This document shows, in pieces, positions 48,895 to 60,573 of a stretch of DNA of 64,000 nt. The DNA is taken from positions 372,001-436,000 of the forward strand of contig CBFDEM010000028.1 of the NCBI GenBank assembly GCA_965603825.1, written 5' to 3'. Made by a program: the position numbers and the translations under genes. Position 1 is the first letter of the stretch; each line of letters starts with the position of its first letter. The notes beneath the pieces are model-generated. The model did not search any database. It was not told the origin of the DNA and was given only the letters and a program-made list of their open reading frames with translations. Source of the stretch: Blepharisma stoltei ATCC 30299 (Eukaryota; Protista; Ciliophora).

Positions 48895-49866
48895 ATGAAC
48901 GAATCTTTTCTTTCGATTGGAAAACTTAAGGAGAAATTTGAATCGATTAAGCATGATATAAAAACAATTGAAATGAAAAAACAGATTATTTTAGCGAAGT
49001 CTGCGGACGGAACAGAAAATACAAGAAGCAAATCAGTGATAAAGGTGAATGAAATAAGGGAGAAAAAAAAGAGAAATTTCCGATTATGGAATAATAATGA
49101 GGAGAAATTAGTGATTCAGCAGCTACCAGAATTTAAAATTCAGCTAAAAGTATTGGAAAATGATTTATTTGACAGAGAGTTATATGTTGAAATGAGAAGA
49201 GAAAGCAAAAAGATGGAAAGAAAAGTTAAGTCGCTGGAAAATGATAATAAAATTTTGAGCGAAGATAATGATAAATTAAAGAAAGAGATAGAAATTATGA
49301 AGGGAAAAATTAAAGAGAATGATAATTTGTTGATTATTGAACAAAAGAAAACTGAAAACACAGCTAAATATAATGAGAAGCTAAGAGGAAAAATTGCAAA
49401 ATTGAAGAAAAAACTAGATGCTGCTAAAGAAAATGACCAAAATAGCGGGAATATAGTAAATAACTCTAAGCTCAATGAAGCTTCTACTGGAAATCCTTTA
49501 AGCGAAATAAGATGCATCATGAATAATTGCTTAAAACCATCTACTAACCCAATTAAAAAGACACAAGCAAAAACTGAAAGCTTTCAACAATTTAAAACCT
49601 CCCAAAAAACTCCATCAATGGCTATATCTAACATTGATCTCTCAACTCTTTCGTGCATCCCTCTCTCTTCAGATTCATTCGATAAAGATACTCTAAGCAC
49701 ATCCGCCCAGTGCGATATTTTCATCCCTCCTCTTCCTCCAAAGCCTTCAAAAAAGCCAGTAGAAGATGTCTCATCTTACCATTCTTCATTCCAAGAAAAG
49801 CGCTCAATTCTTCAAAGTCTCCACACTTCAGATTATTTTCTCCCTAATAAGAAATCCTATCTGTAA
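48895..49866 (+). CDS. Coiled-coil hypothetical protein
   Basis: 323-aa ORF. Confidence 0.65.
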   Translation: MNESFLSIGKLKEKFESIKHDIKTIEMKKQIILAKSADGTENTRSKSVIKVNEIREKKKRNFRLWNNNEEKLVIQQLPEFKIQLKVLENDLFDRELYVEMRRESKKMERKVKSLENDNKILSEDNDKLKKEIEIMKGKIKENDNLLIIEQKKTENTAKYNEKLRGKIAKLKKKLDAAKENDQNSGNIVNNSKLNEASTGNPLSEIRCIMNNCLKPSTNPIKKTQAKTESFQQFKTSQKTPSMAISNIDLSTLSCIPLSSDSFDKDTLSTSAQCDIFIPPLPPKPSKKPVEDVSSYHSSFQEKRSILQSLHTSDYFLPNKKSYL

Positions 49867-49902
49867 ATTATTTAAAATTCTTCCATAATAAAAATATCAG
49901 TT

Positions 49903-50616
49903 ATGACAGACGCTTATAATAAGTACCCAAAGGAATCGGCTGGGACACTCATAGGGAATTGGTATGAAGAAAGAGAACTGCGTGATCTCACAGGCCATGG
50001 ACGTAACTACCCCATGCACCATGTTCCTAAAAAAGAAGGCGAACCTGCAGCCTTGCGTGACCGTGATGGGACGGATACAAGAGTTCATGGAACCTCCTGG
50101 GAAGAAAAGCATGACACTATGAATCATAATTATGGGGCAACTACAAACCCAGCTGATCAGCTTAGAAAAGTAGGAAGAAGGGAAGAGCTTATGAAGGCCC
50201 AAATCCATCAAGCAATTTCAAATGAAATCAAGCAAAAAACTGACGAAGAAGAAGTGCTAAGAAATACGAGGATTTTTGAGACCACCACACAAGGCACTTT
50301 TGGATGGCAAGTTCCGAATGAAAAAATCGGGAAAAGGGTGATGAAAACTCAAGATGGAGCTGAAACTGAAGCAAATGACGAAGTTTGGGCGGTGGAGCAT
50401 GGGATTAGGGTACCAAAACCGAGAAGGCCCCTAGAGCAGCTTGAAGAAGAGGTGATTCGTGCACAACAGCCTATAACTCTGTACTCAGATACTTTGAAGC
50501 AAGAAATATTCCCAGTTTCAGCCACCAAAGGGCCCAGTCCATTTGCTAGGTCTTGTGGATTTACTCAGCCAATCCAGCAGACAAGAGGTGCGAATGGATT
50601 TCAAGGCAACGTTTAG
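49903..50616 (+). CDS. Probable ciliary microtubule inner protein with NWE motif
   Basis: N-terminal TLIGNWYEER typical of the CFAP107/SPAG8/CFAP68 class. Confidence 0.6.
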   Translation: MTDAYNKYPKESAGTLIGNWYEERELRDLTGHGRNYPMHHVPKKEGEPAALRDRDGTDTRVHGTSWEEKHDTMNHNYGATTNPADQLRKVGRREELMKAQIHQAISNEIKQKTDEEEVLRNTRIFETTTQGTFGWQVPNEKIGKRVMKTQDGAETEANDEVWAVEHGIRVPKPRRPLEQLEEEVIRAQQPITLYSDTLKQEIFPVSATKGPSPFARSCGFTQPIQQTRGANGFQGNV

Positions 50617-52084
50617 TCTTAATGATAATCTTCGCAATGGATGTAGACAAAATTTTTTAAATATAAAGATGTTGATATCAATCATTTCATCTTTTCCCAA
50701 AGTGATTATCTTATAAATTTTAAAATATTAATGGTCTTCTGTTTTGATTCAAAAGTTGAGTTAAAAGCGACTCTTATACATTAAAATATATAATAAAAAT
50801 ATTTAATCAAATTATTATTTATTAGAGATCAAACATTTACTTTGTCATTTTATCAGCTCATATCTAACTGATTATCATATACTAATTTTCTTTCAAGTGC
50901 TAACAAGATCAAAATTCTAGTTATTTAGGAAGAGTGAAAGATCGTGGAAATAAGGATTTAGTTGATCTTAATGAGAATGATTTCACTATAGAGTCTCAAT
51001 ATTAACTTTTTTCCTTTCCCATTTTAAAATTCATGCTTAATGCATAGTGTCTAAGATATAATCATAGAATTCAAAAGAGATATAATGCAAATTTTTTTTG
51101 GTTTATATGTCTATAAGAACCGATAAGTGAAAAACTCAGATCAAGAAGTGTAAATAAGTTAAATAGAAAATTCAAAAAAATTAATTTATGCTATTTTAAA
51201 CAGAATTGGTATTAGCTCACAGAGGGTAGGTATTTTTAAAAAAGATTTATATTTAAATTTAAATTGTGAAATAATCAAGAATGAAATTGAAATAACAAAA
51301 TATTCTTTTAAAAATGCAAAATTTTCTCAACGATTCTCTCTAGTATTTGAAAAAGACATTAAATTTATTTAAAATAACAGAATAGCAAGTTGCTGAATGC
51401 AAATTCACTTTTTGTTTTGTGTATTAAATCTCTTTCAAAATTTAGTAAAATTCTCCTTGATATTTCAAATTTTATTATTAAACTTCCCTTTTTTTTATAA
51501 GAATTGAATATTTTCTGCAAAAATCTATAATGAGATATTCGAAAAATACAAATTGCTAAGGTTGATTATTTTTGAAGATTTATAAGCTTCGTTTGGTGCA
51601 CAATATAATTGGCATATTATTAAATATAAATATTTTCTCTTGTCAATATCAAAATTTAAAAAAATGCTTGTGACGATAAGATATCTTAAGTTTTTAACTC
51701 TAACTAGAGTTATCATGAGTTTTTTTGTCCCAAAAATCTAAAAATTTCCACTCTCGATAAAAATGGGAAACAAACAGAAACCGCCAAGGAAAATTCAAAA
51801 GTTAATAAGAGCTGAACCATGGTTATGTACAAAAATAAGAGCTTATCATAATTTGATGAAAGTCTATTTATAAAAAGCTTAAATTTTTTAATTCATTCAA
51901 TATTGTGCATAAAGCATAGGGATTAAAGTTATCAAAGGATTATAGATTTTTCTCTTTATCAATTCATCAAATTAATATATCAAAGCATTTAATACATAAG
52001 CTATTATTGTAATAATTTTTATACGTGTTTTTATCTATTTTAATTAAGCATTGCATTTATATACAAGTATGAAGTAATAATATC

Positions 52085-52382
52085 ATGGATAGATAGATGA
52101 ATGAATAAATCAATGCACTACCTGCTTGCGCCTCCAATGCAGGCCATTGAAATTTTTGCCCTGCATCATCATGTACTGTCTCCATGCCATCACCCATTGC
52201 ACCACGCTTCCATCTTCGCTTCAACTCCTGCAGTCCATGAATTCAGCACTGAAGAGACTACTGCTGATGCAAAATCTCCTCTCACAATGCAACTCCTTTC
52301 AGAATTGACAGGATAAGACTTCCTAACTTTTGGCCCAAAAAGCGCCATTATGTGCGGGAAATGTTTATATGGATAGATAGAT
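52085..52382. mobile_element. GC-richer 270-bp insert flanked by 14-bp direct repeats (possible target-site duplication)
   Basis: ATGGATAGATAGAT at 52085-52098 and 52369-52382. Confidence 0.4.
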
Positions 52383-52555
52383 AATATCATCGATATTGCA
52401 AATATTAATTTCAAATACTACCGGAGTCACTTAATCGTTAGTAAATATATAAATATTCTTTTGATTTTTTATTTTCGATTATTATTTCTACATATGACTC
52501 TGCAAATCCAATATTATCCCTCATACTTAATATTTTTGCTTAATTCTCAAGCGGT

Positions 52556-53198
52556 ATTTTCATTAAGATTTGAAATAGGAATGAAAGAAAAAAATGAACA
52601 TATAATTAAAATTAGGGTAATTAAAAGAGAAAAAGGCCTGTTTTGCTTAAAATCGATCTAGTCTGAGGCGATCTTCGAGAATCGATTAATCTCCTAAATA
52701 AAAATATTTAAATTTTGTTTGAAAAAAATGGCCACAAACATAGAGAATTTGTCTAATAAGCTTTAAAGTTTTCTAAAGCCCAGCCTTACCACTTGTAACT
52801 TATGAAATTTAAAACTCAACAGCTAAAACAATCCTTACTTTAAATTCAATAAATTTCCTGTTTTGTAGGCACGATTTTAAACAGATTCAGGTAATAGCTA
52901 GTAGTATACAATAAAAGCTAGAGAAAATCTAAAATAACAAAGCAAGAAGAATAAAAAAACTAATTAAAGAAGAAAATTCAAAAAAAATTAGTTTCTGTTA
53001 TTTTTAGGAGATTAATCAATACTCAAATCGCAGCTATGCTAATCTCTCCAGAAGCACAACAATACTTGAATCACCTCAGAATAGATCTATTTTAAACGAG
53101 ATAGGCACATATTTCTTATAATTATCCAGACTTTAATTTTTCCCATAAGGTCATCAGGTTTGTCTTCTTCATTCCTATATTCAAATCTCAATTAAAAT
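52556..53198. repeat. Degenerate inverted repeat (arms about 52556-52723 and 52977-53198)
   Basis: GATTAATCTCCTAAA vs TTTAGGAGATTAATC exact; TTAAAATCGATCTAGTCTGAGGCGAT vs ATCACCTCAGAATAGATCTATTTTAA; AGATTTGAAATAGGAATGAA vs TTCATTCCTATATTCAAATCT. Confidence 0.75.
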
Positions 53199-53303
53199 TG
53201 AAAGCAATAATTTAAGATTTAAATAATGCTTAGGACCACCAACAATTCAAAGTAAAATTATTAAGTAAAATACTTCCGCATGCCTAAAATTCCATAATAA
53301 ATT

Positions 53304-53798
53304 ATGGATCAAAGTAGAGAAAAATTACCTAAGGCCATGGACCTTCCAATCCAAAATTATATGACACCTTTCACGTGCCATATCTGCAACAAGTCATTTA
53401 AGGGGTTGGAAGACCTTGTGAAACATATAGGTGCAAACGTTTGAAAACTTACGGAGACTGAGTCAACCTTTTCCCTCCCTGAAAATAGCATGGATAACTT
53501 GAATATCCATGAAGCCAGCAATTACAAATACAGTTGCTCCTACTGTAGCAGAACCTTTGACAATGAAAAAGGATTGAAATTACATTCAGGAAAGAAGCAT
53601 CCTCAACAGGAAAAAAGCGAACTCTGCCCTAGGTGCGGCAACAAATTTGTTCATAAATATGCCTTAGATTTTCATATTAAACAAGTACATGAAAAGTCAA
53701 CTAGAGTTGTGTGTACAAAATGCAAAAAGTCATTCTACAACAAATATGTACTTCAGCGTCATTTTCAGAAGTGCAACCCCTTCCATTCATTAATATAG
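53304..53798 (+). CDS. C2H2 zinc-finger protein
   Basis: Three fingers (CSYC..H..H, CPRC..H..H, CTKC..H..C) plus a degenerate upstream finger reached via TGA=Trp. Confidence 0.82.
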
Positions 53799-54304
53799 CT
53801 AAAAATATAAAAATGGAAAATCTTAAAATAAATTTCCCCTAAAGATTTAAGAGAGTTTTGAGTATCATGGGAATGATACTAATATAATTGTGCTCATTTA
53901 TTTTGATATTCTTTTCGATGGTTTAGGCATTTTTTTTGAATAGTTTTACCCTTTACTTTTTCTATGGAAAATAATAAGAATATAATATCTTTATTCTGAT
54001 AATATACATTAATTTTCTTTAATTAATTTTATTATTTATAGAAATGATAAATATCATGCCAAAAATTTCCTAATCTCTTCAAAAAAAAATACAAAAATTA
54101 AAATGCTCTGATTTAGCAGAGAAGTTTATAAAATCTCAATTGAAACCAGTTACATCTCCATCATCATTGCTCAAAAAAACCCTAAATCTTAATTTACAAA
54201 GAATTTCAAAATTTTCTTGTTCTGGGTCTTCGCACTGATACGGTCAGCTCTCAAGTAAAAATATTTTTTGAAATTAAAATGGCTTTATTAGAATAGAATA
54301 GAAA

Positions 54305-55112
54305 ATGGAACCTCAACTTTTTTCCCGCATTTCCAAAATTGAGCTCTTGTTAAGTATTCTCGCCTCATTAAAGGCAATAAAAAATCAAGTATGTTTTACA
54401 GTAGCGGCTTTTAATGGTTTTTCAAAAAGAAAGAGCGTATTTTCTTTCAGCAAGTCCATCCCATGATTTAGTAGCTGAAGGCTATTTATCACAGCTTGAA
54501 TTCGATATATATAATGTAATTGCTGATATTGAAATCATGGTTGACATCAAAGGGTTGAGATCAGTCTTAAAAGCTTTATCGGCGGCTGAAAATACCATGA
54601 ATCTCACTATGGAATATCCATACAAAGATAACAAGCTTCTTCTTATGGTAGAAGAAACAAACTCCTATTCAACTCAATTTTGCCTTGACACATACATGGT
54701 GGAGCCTCAGCCTGTCCTCGAATTATCAGACAAAATTAACGCGACAATAAAATTCAATGATCCCCGCATCATTAAGCAAGCTATGGAAGTTGCTTGTTAT
54801 GGCCGTAACGAAATCGGGATCTTTTTAAGTTTCAACGTTGAAAGGCCTTACTGCTTTTTCACAAGGGATGATAACGTAACTGGCATTAAAAGCCGCGTTG
54901 CAATCCCTCTTAATGACCAAATTGACTGCAAAGTCAGCCAACCTTGCGAGAAAATGTTTTCCTCGAAACTCCTTAGAAATGTAGCAGGTCTACCGAAGTG
55001 CTCTCAAGTAGAGATGATTATGCATGAAGAAGGTGTGCTTGAAGTTCGTGTTATTTTAAGCAATGATGCATGGATTAGACATTTTATTAACCCTACAGAA
55101 GAAAGAAATTAA
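54305..55112 (+). CDS. RAD1: 9-1-1 checkpoint clamp subunit, Rad1-like (PCNA fold)
   Basis: 263 aa after 16-nt intron; LTMEYP..LLLMVEE, RPYCFF, SKLL, EGVLEVR..FINPTEE resemble the Rad1 pattern (from memory). Confidence 0.6.
54389..54404 (+). other. 16-nt intron
   Basis: GTATGTTTTACAGTAG. Confidence 0.7.
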
Positions 55113-55132
55113 TAACTTTAAATATAATAAAA

Positions 55133-55825
55133 ATGCTAGCCAGGAAAACTAGACAAGTTTTGTATGATGCAATTTCTGCCCAAAGAATCCAGAAAGAAAA
55201 AGATCCTATCCCATTTGATGAACCATGGTATGAAGAAGCACCGAATTATTTTAAGAAAGCACCTGTTGAGCCTAAAGGGAATTTAGCTAAATTGGTAACA
55301 GGTTGGGCTCAAACAGTAAGAGTGAACAACCCTTATAGATACGCCAATAGAGATGAAAACTCTTATTTGAAGAATCCACAGCCGAATTGGGGAGTTTATA
55401 AAGGACTTGAAATCGGTGGAGACAATGTGAAACATATGGGAATAGGGAGAGCTGTGTATAGGGCTGCAGGAATCCAGAAAGGGACTGAAGGCCTTGAATG
55501 GTTAATGGACCAGAATTGCCAGATTTACTATCACTTTCCTAACCACATGCACCGTGTTCCTAAAAGTTTGCCATTTGAAGAGCAGAGAGGAAGATGGGTC
55601 TTACAGTCAGAAAAAGCTAGTGCAGGCAAAAACCCTATGGATGGGATGAACCAGGGTTATCAAGGTGGCAGAAGGAGAAAAATGGCCTGGTTTGATAGCA
55701 TGGAAGCTGCAGTAAATTACGCATATTACATGGGTTGGAACTTTGACGTCGTGCTGCCAAAATTCAGATATCATACAAGGAAGAGCTATTCCGACAACTT
55801 TAAATATAGACCTCCTAAAAACTAA
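55133..55825 (+). CDS. NDUFS4: Complex I accessory subunit NDUFS4 with N-terminal extension
   Basis: W..NPMDG..FDSMEAAVNYA..GW..KSYSDNF. Confidence 0.78.
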   Translation: MLARKTRQVLYDAISAQRIQKEKDPIPFDEPWYEEAPNYFKKAPVEPKGNLAKLVTGWAQTVRVNNPYRYANRDENSYLKNPQPNWGVYKGLEIGGDNVKHMGIGRAVYRAAGIQKGTEGLEWLMDQNCQIYYHFPNHMHRVPKSLPFEEQRGRWVLQSEKASAGKNPMDGMNQGYQGGRRRKMAWFDSMEAAVNYAYYMGWNFDVVLPKFRYHTRKSYSDNFKYRPPKN

Positions 55826-55908
55826 GCTAGTTTGGGATAATTTCTTATAGATTTAATATAAAATAGACTATTAGAGATAAAGTTTAATTAAAAGCTTTAT
55901 CTAGATAA

Positions 55909-58900
55909 CTAACCTCTAATTGCTGAGCCCTCAGCATGCACTCTCTTAGTAGTTTTTCTCCTCATCAGCCCAGTCACTCCTTTATCAGCTTCAGCACTTG
56001 AAAGCGGCTTCTCGGAGAACTTGAAGCACTTGAATGGAGTTGTAGGCATCAGTCTTACCAAAAGTCCAAACAAAAGTCCTCCAGCGCCAATAGCAATGCA
56101 AATAGCATGTTGTTCTAGAGTCAGTGGTGAGCATCTTACAGGCTCGCCGCCTACAGAGACGAGTGCGATTTGGACGAGGATAGTCATGACCACAACTATC
56201 AAGAAAATCCAGTTGTTAAAGAACCCATGGAATACGTTAAGTTCGTTTGATTTAAGCTTTCTGCAGTGGATTTCGTTGAAAACTTGTAGAAAGACGAACG
56301 CGTTAAAGAATATAGTGAAGTGGACACCATTTTCTATAGTCCATTTTTCGTCAAGGGTTAGACCAGATGGGACGTCAAAAATATCAGGGCCCAAGAAAAG
56401 GATCACTAATAACCATACTGACTGATAGAAGGACTGTCCAATAATGTTTTTCATCATATCTGGAGTAATCAAAGAGTCTTCAGTCTTATTTGGTTTTCTG
56501 TCAAGTAGGGAATCATTTGGAGGCTCAGTAGCCAAGGCAAGAGCTGCAAAAGTGTCCATAATAAGGTTAACCCACAGCATTTGGACTGCAGTTAATGGTG
56601 ACTTTTGAGTAATTGCAGCGCCAATAAAGCTTAAGACCAAAGCAACAATATTGACAGTAAGCTGGAACTGAATGAACTTGCTGATACAGTCATAAATATT
56701 ACGTCCCCACTTAATTGCTGTCACAATTGAGGCGAAGTTGTCATCAAGGAGAACAATATCTGAAGCTTCTTGGGCAAGCTGAGTGCCAGCTTCATGCATG
56801 GCGAAACCAACATTCGACTTTTTAAGGGCTGGAGCGTCATTAGAGCCATCTCCAGTGACTGCAACTATTTCTCCAAGCTGTCTTAAGCCAGTTACAAGGA
56901 TAAATTTGTCTTCAGGGGACGATCTTGACAGAACTCTTAGTTTTGAAGCAATTTTAGTAAATTCAGCCATGTTCCCGACAACTTTGTTTCTAGGGCGCTT
57001 GTCTTTTTCAGCTGAAGTGTCATTAGGATCATCAATTAGCTTTCCAACTCTTTCTCTGAACTCTGAGCCGAGCATGACAGTATCATCATCTGGGGACTCT
57101 TTTTTATAGTTCTTAGGCAATATGTTGCATTTTCTAGCAATTGCGACTGCAGTTTCAATGTTGTCGCCTGTCACCATTCTGACAGTGATTCCAGCCTTTT
57201 GGGAGACTTCAACAGCATTTGGGACTTCATCACGAAGAGGGTCTTCAATTCCACAGATGCACAAAAGTGTCAAATCTCTTTCCAATTCAACTTGATTTGC
57301 GTCACCTTTTCCATCAATAATTGGGAAATCTCCACCAATGTGCTTATAGGCTAAAGTCAGAGTTCTATAAGCTCTTCCTGCATAGTCAGTGATGATTCCG
57401 TTCATTTCTTCTTTATCTTGTTCAGTGATATAGTGCTCATGGCCATCTGTTCCAACGACCTTTGTGCACATTCCTAGAACAGTTTCACTTGCTCCTTTCA
57501 CAAGGACGATGTGTCCATCTCCTTTCTTAAGGACTGTGACCATTCTTTTGAGCTTAGAACTGAATGGGATTTGGACAGAAATCAAGTCTAAGTCCCTCAC
57601 ATCAGAATAGTTAGTTCCAAGCACAGCGGCGAGTTTGAGTAATGCAATTTCAGTCCTAGATCCTGTGAATTTTTCTTTTTTCTTGTCTTTTTCGATTTCT
57701 ACTGTAATAGAAGCAGTAGAGTTGTGACAGAAGTGCTCAACCAAGAGTTCTCTAACTGCAGTGCTGAACTCAGAAGCCTTGATTGCTTCTATCTTTTTCT
57801 TTTCGCAGTACATTGCAACCACTTCCATAATATTTTTAGTCAAAGTTCCAGTCTTGTCTGAGCAAATAGCTGTGGCTTGGCCCATGGTTTCTGATGCGTC
57901 TAAATGTCTAACTAAGTTATTTTGTTCCTTCATCTTGCTCACTGAATAAGCCAAGCTAATAGTGACTGCTAGAGGGAGCCCTTCTGGCACTGCGACCACC
58001 ACAATGGTAATAGCTATGATAAAGCTTGAAATGAGTTTGCTCCAGCTGTCATCGGTCCAGCCATTTTCCACAGTGTGAACTACTAAATAAATAATCAAAA
58101 CTCCAAATGTAAGCAAAGCTACAATTAGCCCAACTTTTCCGATCCCTGAAGCAATTCTATTAAGCTTCATCTGAAGAGGAGTTTCTGATTCGTCTTCTTG
58201 CTGCATAAGCTCTCTGTTTTTGCCTTGGAAACTGTGCTTTCCGACAGCTACAACCAGTGCAGTTCCTGATCCTTCTTCTACTTGTGACCCTGAAATCAGG
58301 AAAGGTGTTTCTCCATGATCATAGCCTTTTTTAAGCGGCTTTGATTCTCCAGTCACTGAGCTCTCATTGAGCACTAATTGGTTAGAATGCACAACAATTG
58401 CATCGACAGGCAAAATGTCGCCAGCACCAATTTTGATGACATCACCTACAAGAAGTTTGAACACTGAAATTTGATCTTCTTTATTGTTGCCTTTAGCTCT
58501 GAATACTGTAACGAGCCTTTCTTGGGCTTCCTCGTTAAGCTTGCGGAACTGTTTTTCCTTGATCCAGTTGTTGACTGAAGTTACCAGCACAACAATGACG
58601 ACAGCAACTAAAATGGCAACACCTTCGAGCCACCCTTCTTCTGGGTCTTCCCATATTCCTACAACTAAAGAAACCAGTGCAGCTGCAATCAGGATTCTGA
58701 GAGTCGTGTCTTCTAAAGCTTCCCAGACCATTTCGACGAAGGTTCGCTGTTTTTTTACTTGAGGCTTGTTCGTGCCGTAATAGGATTTTCTCTTTTTGAT
58801 TAGTTCTTTGTCCATGTTGATGCCTGCTTTCTTATCAGTCTTTAGTTTAGCTGCGAGTCCGTCAAGACCTCCTAGTCTGTTTAGGGCTTCTAAACTTTTG

Positions 58901-59037
58901 CCATGGCTGATGCTTTCAAGGATAAAAAAGTCACTGAATAAAATTTACTCTAATACATCTGGTTTCACGTCAAAGTGGTGATCTGAGCCTTCTTCTTTGC
59001 TAAGAAGAGGTTGGTCCAAGTTACTCTGACCGTCCAT
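55909..59037 (-). CDS. P2B-type Ca2+-ATPase (PMCA/Pmc1-like)
   Basis: VAVPEGLPLAVT, CSDKTGTLT, TGDGSNDAPALK, QMLWVNLIMD; N-terminus recovered via intron 58934-58948. Confidence 0.95.
58934..58948 (-). other. 15-nt intron
   Basis: GTAAATTTTATTCAG. Confidence 0.85.
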
Positions 59038-59781
59038 TTATAAATTATGCAATCGTGGATTGCAATAAATATCGTGATATCAATAAAATCCATTGAAGAA
59101 TAGAGAGCTAAAAGAAATCGAAGAGTTCTGATTTAGTGCTTATGTAGCAAAAATAAATGATTGCAATAAAGGGCAGCAGGTCCTAATCTTTTCAAACTAA
59201 CTGCATCTTGTATAGCATACTCAAGTCTTATATTGAGTTTATTTTTATAATAATAAATATATTTAGAAAATTTTTTCCTTAGTTTTTTAATTATCTTGAT
59301 AGCTTCTAGGTTTTAAAAAAAAATTATTCAGTGAATATGAATTATATTTCTGATAAATGTCTTATTTTTTTATTTCAGATTATTTGAAAAGAAAATTATA
59401 CATGAGAGAATGCTTAGTGAACTTATTAGCTTTCAAAAGATTCCATAAATCATTAGAATGATAATCAGCCTATATCTAACCATTTTAGCAACTTTCGAAG
59501 GATCTCAGTTTTAAGACAAAGTGAAGCTCTTAATTAAAGCATTTGGTTCCCTGATATTAATAGATATTTACATATATGCAAACTTATGATTCTTTATTTT
59601 ATTTAAAGATCATAGTAAATGCTTATATTCGAAGAAATAAAGTTAAAAACACATTCATTTGCAAATAGCGATTTATCTAATTTTTTAAGTCTTAACTGAT
59701 TCCAGCAATTTGCTGCTTGAAAAGCAAGCATATAATTTCGATAATCCAGCTTTTAAAACTGAATTTAAATTCAATAAAAAG

Positions 59782-59854
59782 CGCTTCCACCTGGGTTTGA
59801 ACCAGGGACCTTTTGGTTAACAGCCAAATGCTCTGCCGGCTGAGCTATGAAAGC
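59782..59854 (-). tRNA. tRNA-Asn(GTT)
   Basis: GCTTTCATAGCTCAGCCGGCAGAGCATTTGGCTGTTAACCAAAAGGTCCCTGGTTCAAACCCAGGTGGAAGCG; full cloverleaf, followed by a T5 Pol III terminator. Confidence 0.95.
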
Positions 59855-60009
59855 AAGCTATCAATGCTTAGCCCTTTATCATTAAATAGTCCTTCACTGT
59901 TTCTAGCCGTTCATTTTTATAGGAGATCTTCTTGTATCTTAATCAGCTTCTTCTCTATTCTGAATCAGTATCTAGTCTTAAAATAAATTACAATTAATTA
60001 AACCGACTA

Positions 60010-60489
60010 TTAATGTTTAAATCTCTTCATCTGATGGCCATAAATTCCTCCAAGTTCCTTTGCCTCTTCTTGAATAGATCTTTTTCTCTTTAAATTAATA
60101 TCTTCATAGTCATTACTCTGCTTCACACTATATCTATATTTTGATTTTTTCAAAACAAGGGTATTTTCACAAGAAGAATTTGAAGAAAGCGACAGTCTTT
60201 TCCCTTTGGTAAGCCAAATCTTCATTTTGGGTTTATCACAGTTTAGGGTTGATGGTGGGGTAAAGATGTTGGAGATCTCTTTGTTGGAATTTTGAGACTC
60301 AATTTTAGGCTTATTGAAAAGATTTTTCAAAGCTGATTGAGACTTTGATTTTGTATTAGAGACTCGCTTACGCTCAAATTGGGTTTCTTTTCGCTTGCGG
60401 ATTAGTTTATATAAGATTTTGTCGTTTCTTTGGGATATTTCTGAGAAAGATGCGCTGGACTTTGGTAAGGGTAGCCGCTTAGCCAACAT
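60010..60489 (-). CDS. Hypothetical basic protein
   Basis: 159-aa ATG..TAA ORF. Confidence 0.55.
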   Translation of the reverse strand: MLAKRLPLPKSSASFSEISQRNDKILYKLIRKRKETQFERKRVSNTKSKSQSALKNLFNKPKIESQNSNKEISNIFTPPSTLNCDKPKMKIWLTKGKRLSLSSNSSCENTLVLKKSKYRYSVKQSNDYEDINLKRKRSIQEEAKELGGIYGHQMKRFKH

Positions 60490-60573
60490 TTATGATAATA
60501 AGGATAAATCCCCTTAAACTTCAAAATAAAATATCCAATACAGATTTTATATGATTTTTTTTAATAAATCTAA

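Noticed and set aside
52101-52316. His-rich plus-strand ORF MNKSMHYLL..
   Set aside because: Several frames are open across this insert and none is recognisable, so no CDS was called.
54389-54401. Alternative 13-nt intron using the CAG of CAGTAG
   Set aside because: Shorter than every other intron here and would put TAG in frame.
1535-58981. Numerous short Ser/Phe/Leu-rich ORFs overlapping long genes
   Set aside because: Antisense or alternate-frame shadows of real coding sequences.
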